A stretch of DNA of 64,000 nucleotides from Nymphaea colorata (taxonomy: Eukaryota): positions 38,812,001 to 38,876,000 of the forward strand of contig NC_045138.2 of assembly GCF_008831285.2 (NCBI RefSeq), given 5' to 3'. Position numbers and translations under genes: made by a program. Positions 26,670 to 40,974 of this stretch are shown one piece after another (position 1 is the stretch's first letter; each line of letters begins with the position of its first letter). The notes below the pieces were generated by a model. The model did no database searches. It was not told where the DNA came from and worked only from the letters and a program-made list of their open reading frames with translations.

Positions 26670-29600
26670 CTATGCTGATGGACGGATTTCATCGAGACAT
26701 TCTGGTAAAATATGCTCACTCTCATCCTGCGCAGGACCTGAGACGTAGGACCCAGTCCATGACATTTCTGTAGAATGGCTGGAAGCCTGGACCTGATTGC
26801 TGCATTGCCAATCTGCTACTCTTTGCATTCGGGTGCTCAAGTCGGTCGTTGATACTGCAGGGCTTGGAAGAGGGGCCTGCACTGGTTCCCGGCCTTCAAG
26901 CATGCTCACCACTGTTGACATCTTCGGCCGATGCAAATGGGATGGATTGGTGCAGAGGAGAGCCACATTAAGCATTGTTAAGGCTTCTTCTTTTGAGTAG
27001 GTTGAATCTAGATCGGAATCAACAAGGTCCAGGAGATTCCCCCTTTGCTGAAGAATACATGCCTATGGAGACTGAATAGTTAGCAGTGTAAAGCTGTGAA
27101 ATTTTCAAAATTCGGGTGGCACAGACTTACCCAGTCTAGAAGGTAGGCACCTTCTCCTAAATTCTTGCAGCTTACATTGTTCTGGCCACTAACAATCTCA
27201 AGGGTAACAACTCCAAAGCTGTAAACATCCGCCTTGTAACTCAGGTGACCACGCATGGCATATTCAGGTGCCATGTATCCACTGCAGTTTTATGAGGTTT
27301 AAATTGGGTGAGAAACAATTCATATGCCCAAATCAATTGTACGACAACCATGTCCTGCTTAAATGTAGATAGGGTAGCATGTGTGGAAAAGCTTCGCCAG
27401 AGTTGATTAATGAGCTAATAATAACAACATATCACATAACAAATGTCAAAAGAACTCATCCAGCTGACAGGCCAAGCAGTAGAGGAAGGCATCACGACAC
27501 ACAAGCAGATTTTTTAAAGAACTGCTATAGATTTCCTCTGTTCTTTTTTTCTTTTATTCTTGTTGGAACAACAAAAGTCCTTCGAGGGATTGAGCATCTA
27601 CATTTTGATTTTATGCTTTACAAATTTGACAAATTTTATAAGTTACTGCACATTAATATATCAATTAAATCTAGCCCAACACTTGGAAAGAGCAGGCCTA
27701 TCCTCCATGACAATATAGAAAATGCCTCAATATTGACCTAGCATCGTCACTGATTCTGCCAATTACCAATGAGTAATCTCCAACATGACAGAGAAACTTG
27801 AGAGACACAACAACCTCGCCTTCTGGTATTTCTCCTAGTGATTGCAGAATTATTGAACACAACATGCCAGTATTTCCCAGCTTGAGAAAGAAGGAAATGC
27901 AGATGCAAATGGCTGTGACTGCACCAAGGGTAACCAAGAATAGAAGCACAAGAAATAAATATGTTCTAGCAACCAAGAACAATTCAGTTACAGATCTACA
28001 GGTGTAAGGATCCTAGTCTTGTTGCAGGTAACAGAAGTTAAAAGAAAATCTAATAGCAGATCTTTTACAGATAATTCTAATTTATATACGATGAGTTTAG
28101 AGAAGAGGAAAACAATTGAACACTCAGAATAGCATATCTCGCCAGAGAATTCTGATTTATGTAAGACGAGTTAAAGAAGAGGAAAAAATTGGACACCCAG
28201 AGCTCTTGCTTGGTTCAGTGCTTGGACTGTCAGCTTAGGGTCAGGGGATCGCATCTTTGTATCATGCACTGAAAAGCCAGAAGCTTAAGAATCATCTCCT
28301 GTCCAATCTTCCAAGCACACTATGCAAGCACTTGACAGCCCTTCAGGTATGCAGTATAAGATATTGACATGTGAATAGCTACAGCTTCTACCTTTTGCAC
28401 TTCTGAATTTAGAGAGGAAAATTATGATAAACTGATAGAAGTAGAGAATACAACTTACTAAGTTCCAGCTATACGAGTGCTGATGTGGGACTTCTCATCT
28501 TCATGAAGTTTGGCCAGTCCAAAGTCCGATATTTTGGCATTCAGATCTTTGTCAAGGAGTATATTGGTAGATTTTATGTCTCTATGTACAATCTTCAAAG
28601 TAGATTCTTCATGAAGATAAGCCAGACCCCTCGCTATCCCAATGCAAATCTTGTGGCGTGTAGGCCAATTCAGTTTCAATCTTTTCTCTTCTGGACCTAT
28701 AAAAATCTGTCATTATTGACACAATTTGAAAGGGAGATTAGAAAAGAAAAGATATTTAGAAGATGTTCATCAGCAAGCTTTACCAAAAAGAGCAGTGGCA
28801 AGAGAATTGTTCTCCATGTACTCATATACAAGTAATAATTGCTTTCCTTCAGTGCAACAGCCATACAGTTTTACAAGGTTTGGGTGTTGCAAGGCAGAAA
28901 TCATCCCCAACTCTGTAATAAATTCATGGCTACCCTGCTTTGATTGGGAAGAGAGCTGCTTGACTGCGATAATAGTTCCATCTGACAGATGACCCTGCAT
29001 TTTCCAAATATTCCTCTGTGATTATTGCTCTGCGGTGGCACGGTCACTTACATAGATCAAGAAACCATATCCAAACCATATTAATGGTTAACATGATGAC
29101 CAGACTGACTTGGGCACGTCCCTAATTTATGCCTATTATGGCACATCAAATTTCAGTATCATTGCATAAAATTTCACATTATTGTTTTTCAGACGCATGC
29201 AAGAAAGCCAAAAAAAGAGAAGAATAATTGGACTCTGATTGGCATTGTGGCCAATAACCATAGTTTTGCATTCAATTTAGGATTTCATCAAATAGAAATT
29301 AGGACTTTGAAATTCTGATCCAAAAGGATGTTTTCCTTACTTGTGCGGGCATTTAATACAACTGTGCTGGTTATTAAGTCACATCTATACCTTGTAAACT
29401 GATCCAAAACCCCCCTCTCCGATCTTGTTAGCATCATCAAAGTTATTTGTGGCAGCTTTAATTTGTTTCAAAGTGAAGGAACCAGCTTGGAGGTTGAATT
29501 GCCGAAGTTCTGCAAAGGAAACATGGTCGGAGGAAAAATGTTTAGGCTATAATCAAGTAACAACAAAACACAGGCTGCAATATAAGGACGACTTGTTAGG

Positions 29601-32600
29601 CCTGCAATATTTGGAAGGGCCCTGTTCCAAAACAACTCCGAGAAACCGTGAGGGAGGGCTTTGCTTGTATAAATCAATTGCAAGGGCTTTACTTTGATTC
29701 TTCCTAGGTCGAAGCGTAAGGGGATAACAGGGACAGACCCCAGCGAGAAATACCAAGAGGACAAGCACATAATAGCTATTCTTTTCCTAACCTGTCACCT
29801 TCCTTTCTCTTGGCTTATCCAAATCAATATCCTTATTAGACAAGGTTACTCCGGTGCCTTAACCTCTGCCTCTAGTTGAAGTATTTCAATTGGGGGGGGC
29901 AGGGGAAGCCACTCGCGTAACTAATAAAGAGAACCAAGAAGGACATTGGAGAGGGATGGCAATCTATCGAGTGACCAGAACATTCATCCCTAAGGCCACT
30001 AAGGGATTCTGACTTGATACAACTATTCATCTCCTCTTCCTTTTCTCTTACATCTCTACTGTCTCCAAGTTGACAGAGGGAGGATACATGATCTAATGTG
30101 GGCCCAACCTATCCATTGAAAATATTATGTGTAACTTTTGCAAACTAGCCATCTTAGGATTCTTAAAAGAACTTAGAAGATCAAAAACAGGTCTAGAACA
30201 TGGATCAGCTGTTTCCAGGGCAAACCTTGATAGGTGCATCAATCAACGTCAATTTTCACATATGGAACCTTCTGTTAAACTAAGTTGAATTTATATGATC
30301 ACATGAACCAATTAAAGAACATAAACAAAAAGTTCATTTAAATTAAAACACGAACTGACAGAAGCTAAATAACAATCCAACTGCGGTACGAAACGACAAG
30401 CCAAAATAGTAGTATTATGGATTTGGTGTGTGACTGCAAGATGGCACTTACCTATTTCATCTTGCTTATGGAACAGGATGCCTTTCTTCCAGAGTAAGCC
30501 AATGACCAAGAATATCAACAAGAGAAGAGACATCAAACTTGCCACGATGCTGATGATAATCTTCCTGTCAATGCCTTCCTTAGGAGGATTAAATTCTTCC
30601 ACGTAGACCAGGCCAAAGAAACAGCCCACCAGATAGTTACAAAACTGTGATTATCAAATCATAAACGGGACTGACAATAACATTTGTTAAAATTTACTCT
30701 CTCTCTCTCTCTCTATCTCATGCATACAGGTGGGTAACATAGCACAAAGTCTATGACTTGCAGATTTGATTAGAGGTAGCACTAAATTCTCAAACACAAA
30801 TATCCAGCGGTTATGCATTCATGTGACACCGTGGAACTAGGGAGCTTCGATTCCATAAGTTGCAGTTTTATATCCTTGCTCCCAGTGTAATTTATCCTAT
30901 ACAGTAAATTTTTTAAGTACAAGAAACCAAGCTAAGGTTGCTTTGTCTTAGTTATTTATGCCTCAACATGGTTTCAACTTTCAACATGTGATAGCAAAAA
31001 TGTTGTCCAATGTAATCAAACAAAAGACAACTAAATAATGCAGTAACTAGGGTTCTTCATTTGAAATGGCAAATAATTCAATGTTCCACATTCTTGATCA
31101 GCGCAGGAAAAAACATATGTACTTAATGTTCTTGTCCTAGACGGTGAGATCTTTCTGAAATATTTGACATGTTGGTTATCTGTTCTATAGGAGGAGGAAT
31201 ATGAAAAGATGGTGGAACTAGAAATTACATGAGAAAGCATAAAATAAAGAACCTTTATTGAATAAAAGAGAGTTACCAGGTTCAACTGAAATAGCTGACA
31301 CAAGAGGACCATATACTCCAATATATGGAATTCCTGTAGTGCCTTTTCCAGCCCAAAAGAAGTGAATCTCTAGTATGTTATCAGTTACATTCACACTTTG
31401 AAATATTTGTACAGTAGCCTTGTTGGATCCATTGGCAGCCTTTTTTATATTGAAATCCTTTAATTCTAGCTTCCCCTGCATCTCCATTAATACAATGTAA
31501 AGTCCTAAAACTATTCGCCAAGAAAATGCTGAGCCAAATTTTTCTTACCTGAATATACACATCAAATATGCGTGTCCCCAAGCTGGTATAATTCTTATCA
31601 TCCGTTATTACTATCTCAGAAAAGTAAAGCTTCACTGTGTAAGGCCCATTCCACAGACATAGTCCATAATATTTGAGAGAGAGTGGAGAAATGCGTGCCG
31701 TTCTGTATAGTTCTGGGTTCGACATAGATAGTGTTGAGTTGATGGAGACAGTGTATACATCACTGTCATCATTATTATCCATTATAGTTCCAGTGCTGCT
31801 TAATGCCCAATTTCCTTGAGGGCTTGCATAGAAAGCTGCACCACCATCTATTGCAGTATCTCCATCAAATGTTGTGTTGCCAACAGTGACTGATTGACTG
31901 CTCCCACATTTCACATGGAAAGAAGAGTCTGCAAGACAGGAAAGCAGATGATGTGAGATAAATGCTAAAGAGGCAATAACTCTGGATTTGGGCTCAAAAG
32001 AAGTACAAACAAGGAAGAAGCTTACGTCTTGGTTTTCGAGCATTGCAAGGATAATTTTTTCTCAAACAAGGATGTATAATATGTCTGCATGAACATGAAA
32101 CATGGAAAAATGTCCTCAAGAAAGGGGCATTAACTGCTATAGAAAGTTTTGAGCTTGTAGGCACAATAAGTAAACAGCAAACAGTCTAGAAAATTAATAA
32201 CACAAGCCAGAAAATCAAAATGTAAAAAGAAGGCTTACTCATTTTTCAGTACTTCTGGGAAGCTCTCAACTAAATTGCTGAAGATTGATAATTGAAATGT
32301 CAGTTGGAAACATGACAGAATGTAGAGAAATGTAAAAGTCGTAAAAAACTGAATCATGGAGAAGCATAAATATAAGCTGAGGCAGCGAGGCTTACGTTTT
32401 TCCACCCATACAATTAAGCGATGAATCAGAAGTAATGTCTGTGAAGTTGTTGTATGACAAATCCCTACACAACATTGGCAACATCAATATGAAAGAAACA
32501 CCAGATCTAAAGCAAGGCAGGAAAGAAAATTTGTGTTTAGAAATTTCAATTTAACGGACATAAAAGCGGAATTTTAAATGGAAGTCAAAGAAAAGGTAAC

Positions 32601-35600
32601 TTGATGGGTGGATGAGAGCACTGCACAGCGTGAGTTTCCATATTCGCAGGTAAAGTAGCCGTTAAGTGTATTTCAGTCAAGATATTAATTTACAGGCAAT
32701 TGCTGGAGTTGCTCCTTCTTTTGTCATAGCATGTCCCTAATGATTGTTTTTTGACATCTTATTCATATTTAACCAGTTTTCATCTGATGGCCTTCGGTTG
32801 GAACCAGCTCAAGCTCAGGCATGAGTCAGTCAATCTTTAATTCAGAGGCAGGCAAGCCAAAACATCGACTAGAAAGACATGGAGACTTGGAGTGCTTTTA
32901 GCCTAAAGAGAAGAATGGAATAATTAAGAAGAAAACACATACACTTCCACACTAGTCCCCAGTATCCAACCAGGTACAGTGCCAGATAAGCTATTGTTTG
33001 TCAGATACCTGCACCAAAAAATAAAAAAACATGCACCATTTTATCATGTTAATATTGCTAACTATTATGTTAGTACATAAAAAAGAATCCATAAACGTTA
33101 TCACTTGAAATGTGTGTACGTACACAAACTGTAACCGGGAAAGAAATTGTAAAGAGTTTGGTATTCCACCAGTCAAGTTGTTAAAGCTTAGATCCCTGCA
33201 AGGAAACAAAAGCCAAGTAAGCTACGCAAGGAACAGCAGGGGATATTCCACTGAGAACCGTCAGTTTAGTTCACTTCCTTTACTAGTCATTCACTTACAG
33301 TATTCTCAAGGCCTTGAATTGACCAATATAATCAGGGATTTGACCAAATAGCAAGCAGTTCCTCAATATCCTAAACCATATAATCACAATCTCTTAGCTC
33401 AGTCCCTTGACAAGTAGAAACTGTAGATCCATAACATGAGAGACAATGTTGGAATTAAGCTCACAAGCGTGATAAGCGGGTTTGTCTGCTCAAATCAGGG
33501 AATTTTGAACTTGTTCCAAGTATGTCGCTGATCCTCCTGTAATTGGTGGGATTCCAAAATTGTAATATTGTGACAAAATTACATTAACTAAATATTAAGT
33601 AAGTTTATAAGAAAATGTACAGCTGCTCTAGATTTTCCAATTTGCTGATGCCAGCTGGAATTGGACCCACCAGATTAGTGCCCTGGATTTCTCTGAGACA
33701 AAATCATTTCAGAAAATAATTGTCGAAGAAACGCCAGTAGTTCCTGATGAAGCTGATAAAACTTACAATCTTTGCAGTTGTGTCCAGCTCACAATTAAGT
33801 CAGGCAGCTGCCCAGACAACCCATTGCCACTTATCCTACTGCAGTTCAAACAACTTTCAGTTAATTTCTTTGTTTTTCTCAGCAATTATGAATTCCATAA
33901 TTAATCAAATTTGCCATATTGCTTGGTTAATTGAATTTTCCATGGTGAAACTTTATATTACATACATCATGATTTGTAAAAGAAATACCAAAATTCATGA
34001 TATAATTTTCGAGATGGAAACATTTCCAAAAGGTTCCTTATCGTTTAAAGCAAGTATTTTTATCGGTCCAGGTAGGAACAATTTACACATGCTGCATCCG
34101 GCTAAGCCAGAATCAACTGTGATATCTTCTTCCTCAACGATAAAAGTTATGAAGCACTGGCAACTTTATCAATTGGGATCCACTTAGGCTAGTCACAGTA
34201 CTAGGCCTGGTTGGATTAGCTTATTAACAAGAACAATATGTTTGAATAAAAGATAATTATTACATGCTCGAGTGCATTAACGATGTGAATATCCATATAC
34301 CGCAGCTCCTACGTGAGTTTTTTATGTAATGACTTCCCTAACAGATACAGATGTGGCTTGCCCAAATGTTTAAGATGCAAACTGAAACCATTTTATATCA
34401 TATCTTCACTTGGATTTCCACATTCATCACATTATCATGCATTGGATGGAAGAGTAGATAAATGCACAGACAAAATAGTCTCATACTCACACACATATGA
34501 ATCATCTGTTAATATTCAACGCGATAATGGGTCCAATGGTTCTTCAAATTTACAGAATTTTAGTTAACATTTGGAGAAGTCCTAATTGATTATTACATTT
34601 TGTTGTGGGAAAAAAAGGATTGTTGATCTTATTACATTTTCCGTTCCCACATCACCTCAACAAGGAAACAGTAGGGCCTGTGCAAGGATTCTTACTGACC
34701 ATCCGTACATACGTTGGTGCAATTTGGAGCACTTGTTAATTCCTTCTGTAATACCTAGTTTACTTTATCTCAATTAGGTAAGCTTTGTCTTCTCAGTCTA
34801 TTCACACTGGAAGTATAAAGGGTGGAAGTGGGATGATTATTTTACTCTAAAATAACTGATCAATTAGTAGAAGGGAAAGAAAGTATCGTACAAGTCAGTC
34901 ATGTTTGTCAACTTTGCCAAAGTTTGGGGCAATTCTCCTGTAAAATTATTTGAACTGAGGTCCCTGCATCCAAATTTAACCACTTAACGGTGAGGCATAT
35001 TAAAGGCCAAAAATTAGTTTCCGAATGGAATCTACCAACGGTAATCTTACAATCTTTGTAAATTGCTCAGATTTCCAATATGTGGGGGTATTTCTCCAGA
35101 AAATTGATTTGCTTCAAGTATTCTGCAGGCCCAAATCACATAAAGTGCCAAATTTAGTGGAGTTTTAACATTTTATGCTACCAACTTCACCAGAACCTTA
35201 AAATAACTTTAAAACCTACAGTTGCTGAAGTGTGACCATATCTCCAAGTTGTGCTGGAATAGGACCTGATAAGCGGTTACCATAGAGAGTTCTGGAGACA
35301 TTTAGAAGGAAACTTAAATGAATAATGGAGACAAACAATAAAAACAAATGAACTCGCCAAATTGTTCTATGCATGATCATTTTGTGCACAACGGAGTTAG
35401 GATCTTCACCATGGTAAAGTACTATCATAGCTACATGTTCCCATAAACCATGATCTATACCCTCTGCTTCATGGTTAAAATAACGCGTTACAGGACAGAT
35501 AGGGTTAAATTTTATTTAACGAGCTTGTAATGTTTGTTTCGGATTCCCAACTTCAGAACCTCACGACCAAAATCTTCTTACTCTTTATGAATCACAGATC

Positions 35601-38600
35601 TGACAGTGTTCAACACTACATCTTTGTTCTTCAAGAAATCATCTTAGACAAGACCACCTTAAACAGGAGCCGTACAGAGTGCACATAATCAGACGCAACA
35701 TGTTGCCCGGTTATGCTGGAAAATCATTTTGGCTGGGAGTTCCCTTGAGTACTTAAATGAACAAAATAATTAAAGATTCAGAGTGTACAAGAGAACGAAT
35801 ACGAAATGCTTAAGAGCTACAAGCAGCATCGTCAAATACTGTACCATATCGGCCACTTTGCCAAAAGAATTACTGGGTCGACACAGGTCTAGAATAGTAT
35901 TTTTTATTTTCAATTATTTTGGCTTGGTCTTTAATTGCTTTTTAAATGAAAAACTGGGATAGGCTGATATCCAACAAGCGACACCACTTCCAATAATGGC
36001 AACATTGACCATAAGAGGATCTCGAAAGGCGGAGAGTATGAGAAACACTCTTAAACTGTGTCGCGATCGAAATAACGCTTATACTCTCGTCCAGATTATT
36101 TTCTAATGACAAAGCTAACTGACAATTTACTTTTTCCTAAACAAGAAACATCTAATGTGTCCAGTCTAGTGTGGTCGGAATTTGATCGGGAGGATCCAGT
36201 GATTGCGTATTTGTTAACTACCTTTTCTTAGAAGAGAGAGAGAGAGAGAAAGCTGAAAATCTTACAGATTGATAAGTCGGAGGGCGCCCCACTCGGTAGG
36301 TATAGTACCGCTCAAATAATTGTCGGTGACATCACTGGTAGCAGCAAATACAGTAAGACGAAAAAGAAGAAAGATACAAGAAAAGAATTGTGATGCTTAA
36401 GACAAGCTAGAGCCATCATTGATAATCAAACGAAAACTGAAGATGGTAATTCGTCAAAATGGAAGAGAAAGGCTTACAATTGAGTAAGGAAGGGGAGCTC
36501 TGTTAGTTCCTTTGGAAGTGTTCCAGCCAGACCCAGTTGTGGGAGAAATCTGCGTATAGATGCTTTGACTGTTACTTGCATGTAAACTGCTTTAAATAAA
36601 TCCACATTGTATATGTAAAAAAAAGAGATTGACAGGCATTACATGCTGATAACGTGGCAGTAAGTGGTCGAATTTTGAGGGCATTCACATCCGACAGACG
36701 GATTGGATGCAGCAGGAGGGAACCAGCTGCAGGGATCAACGCTGAAGTTCCAGTCCGTCTTGCCCAGCGTCCTAGCGATCTGCTGGAGGGCAGTCACTGC
36801 CACATCCCCACATGAATTCAATCAGTCTCTTCAACGGAAGATCACAAAAACGCCGCAAATGCCAACCAGCATGGCTGGATATGTATCTACCCACATTAGT
36901 TCGGCAAGTTCGATTGGACCTACTTCATATTTTCATATCCTTTTACAGAAATTTCAGAAAATGCATCCGTATAACACAAAAACCAAAGAACAGAACATAT
37001 TCACGGGATAATATATAGATATACATATATAACATTGTATATTTGTTTCACGAAAAAGTTGCTAAAAAGCGTACGAGTTTTCATACCATATGAATGTAGA
37101 ATATCGGGGGTCCTTTGTGAATTGTGAATTTAAAATTAGAAAGAACTCAGAACAAATGACTGTCATGAACACATATATATTTCCTTAACAGCATGATAAT
37201 CACACCACCTGCTTATTTTTTTCTGAGCTTATAAAATATGAATAAGATCAAGATATTATATTCCTGCTGTTGAGTTTAAATAGATGTTTACTTCATAAAG
37301 AAAAGAAAAAGGAAATGATCTTGAACAAGAGACTGAGTAGTGGCTGTAGCTGTCTAAAGACGCAACCAAATGCTGACAAAGAGAAAAAGATTTTGCTCTC
37401 ACTCATATCAAGACATACGCTCTTCCAGAAAGTCAAATACACTATTCATCCGCTTAATAAAATAACATGAATATCTAGGATACGACAACAACCATATTAA
37501 ATAAAACAACCTTAAGCCCGCTGAAGGGCAGAAGGATCAACCTAAGTTTTTTGTAGAATGTTGACCAACTTATTAAAAGGCCTTTGACTTTGACTCGAGC
37601 TCATTTAGAATCCAACCATGGACCATTTCGAGGTATCTTTTTCATTGTTTGCTCAACAGTGGACAAACATGTTCACGATGGAATCGATAAGATTCAATTA
37701 TTAACAACATCACATAATATTTCTGATTTAGTAAAGACACATGAATCCGAATCTATTAAGAGACTGAATCTGAAAGTGAATCCACGACCCGATTCATTTG
37801 GAGTTTTGGATTCAATTTCAGAAATTCGAACCTTGGTACCAATTCAATTTTAAGAAATCTATTTCTACTGTTCACAGTTTTATTTTTAATATAGTAAGGA
37901 GGCGTTTGGCATTCCGCACCAAACCAGGTTTAAGGTGAGCTTGGATGAGTGGATTTGGTCAAACTCCAAAAGGCTTAATGCTGGATGTGTCATCCACCCA
38001 CAAGAACTATTTAAAAAGAAACTATTTAAAAAGAAACTTATCTTTGAGTCTGAGATAATAACTAAGTTTTCCATCCGAACACCCGTTGGGTACTGACCCA
38101 AATTGAAATTGTAACAATGAAGTTCAGAAAAGGAAACAATCCAATGATATTCCATGAAACTTGATAATGACAAGAACGGAGACTGGTTAAGCTTATTCCA
38201 TATGGACCCGACGCCGTTCAATTCGAGCAACTCTGGTTGGGCGTATTGAGGAGGGACTGACAACGCGGGAGGATAAGATCTAATCTCGTGTCCGATGTTC
38301 GGAGAGGTGCTTGAGAGAGTCGATCATGCCAGATGGTACAGCCAGATCTTAGCACCCATGACTGCTAAGTGCAGGGACCTGATTTGCAGGCCGGGATAAG
38401 AAACCATGGCGGATTAAGCCATCTGTGTTACGAAGAAGAAGAAGGTCTTCTCACTGCATTTTGGGAAACTAAAGCGAACCTGTAAGCTTCTTGACATGTA
38501 CTCTAGAAATTAATCAGTAAGAGAGACGGTGGGGTTTTGGGTTTACTGAGAAGAAAGGAAGCCTGCTTCCCATCTTCGGAAACCGATGACAAGAAGGAAA

Positions 38601-38812
38601 AAAACAGAGGTGGGGTTGCTGCCGGACCGCCGGTCAATCTTGAATTGGTGGGTACCTTCTTTCGGATCCAAAACTGGAGACGTCTGCGCCGAACAGGGAC
38701 GAGGAGCAAGCAAGAAGGCGATGAAGACGGAAGCAATGAAGAAGAAGACGGTGGGAGTTGCTTGAAGCTGCCGGCCGCCGTCACCACCACTACCCACGCC
38801 GCCGTTGTTCAT
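26670..38812 (-). CDS. LRR-malectin receptor-like Ser/Thr kinase (LRR-VIII-2 type), copy A, complete, ~1031 aa, 24 exons
   Basis: Exons 38812-38656 (signal peptide), 36796-36643, 36549-36478, 36334-36266, 35291-35220, 35122-35051, 34963-34892, 33838-33767, 33692-33621, 33536-33465, 33370-33299, 33195-33124, 33008-32943, 32464-32396, 32277-32239, 32084-32026 (mostly 72-nt LRR exons), 31928-31549, 31475-31277 (malectin: [41 protein letters not shown]), 30595-30452 (TM), 29509-29391, 28994-28784, 28696-28459, 27281-27131, 27062-26670 (kinase: GEGGFG, AVK, HRD, DFG, APE). Total 3096 nt, open frame. Confidence 0.93.
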
Positions 38813-40974
38813 AGTCGACGATCTAATCTTTCTTTGATCACCAACACTAGTTTTACCGCTGCCCCAATGTTGGTCTCTTGAATGGGATTCCCCAAGTAGG
38901 CTCAACGAGTACACGGAGGTGCCATCACCGTAGAAAGGGATCTGCTACATCTCACACTCTGTGAACTTTCGTTTCCGATTCTCTTTCTTGGGATTTCGTC
39001 TGCAATTATGGGGTAGGAGTTGGGGAAGATGATGGCAGCAGAAATTCCTCTTCTTTAAACGTCCTGTTAGGTGGTACAGCAGGGCAGCAGCAAAGGAATT
39101 TATTATTGCAGTAGAAGACAAATCCTTTGGGTTTTAGATATGGAGAACACAGACGAGAAGCACGCAGTGGCTGACCAAGGAACCGCGGGATGGGATCCAC
39201 AGACAGGAAACGATTGGTCACAAGGGGCGCCCCTTTTTCAATCGTCTGCCATGGCAGCATGACCAACATTGCCACGGGCTTCGTTTTAACAGAACGAAGT
39301 ATCGTTTAATCCAACTTAGATTCGATGTTCGACTCAACCACATAGAAGAAAAATGGACAAAGACGAAATTGATATCCTATTAAGACTGCTGATCAAAAAG
39401 TTTACATAAGAAACGACATTCTAGTGGTTGAATTATAATTTCAAATTTTTAACAGTTTTTCCAATTTAACTAAAATATAACATAAAGTTTTTTTCCAAAT
39501 ATGAATTAATATTTTAGATATCCAAAGAAATGGTATGATAAAATATATATCCTATTTCAATTGGATCCATTGACCGTTCTCTTTTTCCTGTTCTTGAAAA
39601 TCTAGTTCGTTTCCACATTTTTTGCTCCTTTCCTATCCTAGCTCTCTTCATGTCTTTGAGACGGTGGTTGACAATATGAGGTCGGACGAGAGGCCGCCGA
39701 AGTCAGGTAGAGAAGTGACGGCGGCGGCGGCGGCTGCCACTTGCCGGAGAAGCTTCATCCTCTTTTCCTTTGAAGTTTTCAGCATTAAATGTCACGCGGT
39801 GTACACCATGTTTACTTGTTTCTTTCAACAAATCCAACATGCATTTTAATAAGCTCTGCTTATAGATTTTCATTGTAATTAATTAATTAATTAATGGTTC
39901 CTGAAAATATTATAAAACATGGAGGATTTTTCTTTCTATCAAGTCAAAAGTGCGATTAAATTGAAGAAATTGTAATATAAAAAATATATGGAGCTACAAA
40001 GGGACCCTTACTAGCCACTAAAATATCCTTCTGGTCATGACTATGTCTGGCACATCCTCTTTGACATTTTCATAGAATCCATGTCGGCCAAAATCTTAGC
40101 ACTTGCCAATTCAATCGAAATATGGAACTTAAGAAGAAATGATTTTAATTCGTTACCAAGATCTCTTCAACCAGTTAAACAGCAACAAAAACGATAAATA
40201 ATTTGTCTATTTTTTTGTTAAACAATTAATGAAACCATAACTTGTTAATTTTATTGTTTGTGAATATCTAAGTGCTTATATCCTGAAATTGGTGTAAACC
40301 AGACGCTTAGGGTCAGGATAAAAAACTGAACTTTAATTTTTGTTAAAAAAATATTTAAAATAAAATTATAAACATTTAAATATATTGATAAACCTATTTT
40401 AATACAAAAATGTTTTGATACAAGTTTTTTTATGAAAAATGTAGATTTTTTTTATTATCAAAATGTTGATGCTACGAGGGTGATTTATTTTTTTATTATA
40501 AAAATACTATTAAAGTCTAACAAATGAACAACTTAATATATGTTTTGCATCAACCTATTATTAAAGTTGAATTGCAATCATCAAAATTAAAGCGTCTACT
40601 TTTTATCCCTCATAACCATCTGGTTTTTAACAATTTCTCCTTATATCTTTGCTGCACTGATATACATATATATACAAACACACACACAACAAAGATATAA
40701 GGAGAAATTCGTGCCAATTCTTATAAGGATGTTCAACAAGTTGAACTAATTTGGGCTGGGTTCAAACTCACTTATTTTGAACTTTGACTCCAGATCATAT
40801 CGTTTGATAAATGGGATGGGTCTTCTAGCTTAATCGAGTTGAGTTTAAATTTTTTAACTTTAAATTGAGCTTAATCGAATCTAGTTAGAGTTTTTTTAAC
40901 CCTGAGTTGAGCTAAAGCAAATGAACTCAAGCTCCAGCCGAGCTTTTTTAATAAAACACGCACCGTGCACCAGT
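30729..40974. repeat. Segmental duplication unit 1 (RLK A intron 18 through its upstream region)
   Basis: Near-identical to 47649-58652 including introns. Homology starts at GGTGGGTAACATAGCACAAAG and ends at CACCGTGCACCAGT in both copies. Confidence 0.95.
40283..40639. mobile_element. MITE with ~55-bp imperfect TIRs and an 8-bp TSD (also present in duplication unit 2 at ~57712-58080)
   Basis: GAAATTGGTGTAAACCAGACG...ACTTTAATTTT is the inverse of AAAATTAAAG...CCATCTGGTTTTTAACAATTTC. CTTATATC flanks both sides (40275-40282, 40640-40647). Confidence 0.65.

Noticed and set aside
33747..34187. Identical-looking ORF pairs in the two duplication units (e.g. 33747/50794, 37584/54488)
   Set aside because: Antisense intronic ORFs conserved only because the duplication is recent.
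38150..38435. GC-richer stretch with small hairpins in RLK intron 1 (also 55040-55325), considered as organellar DNA or ncRNA
   Set aside because: No recognisable organellar gene or RNA family motif; all frames are interrupted.
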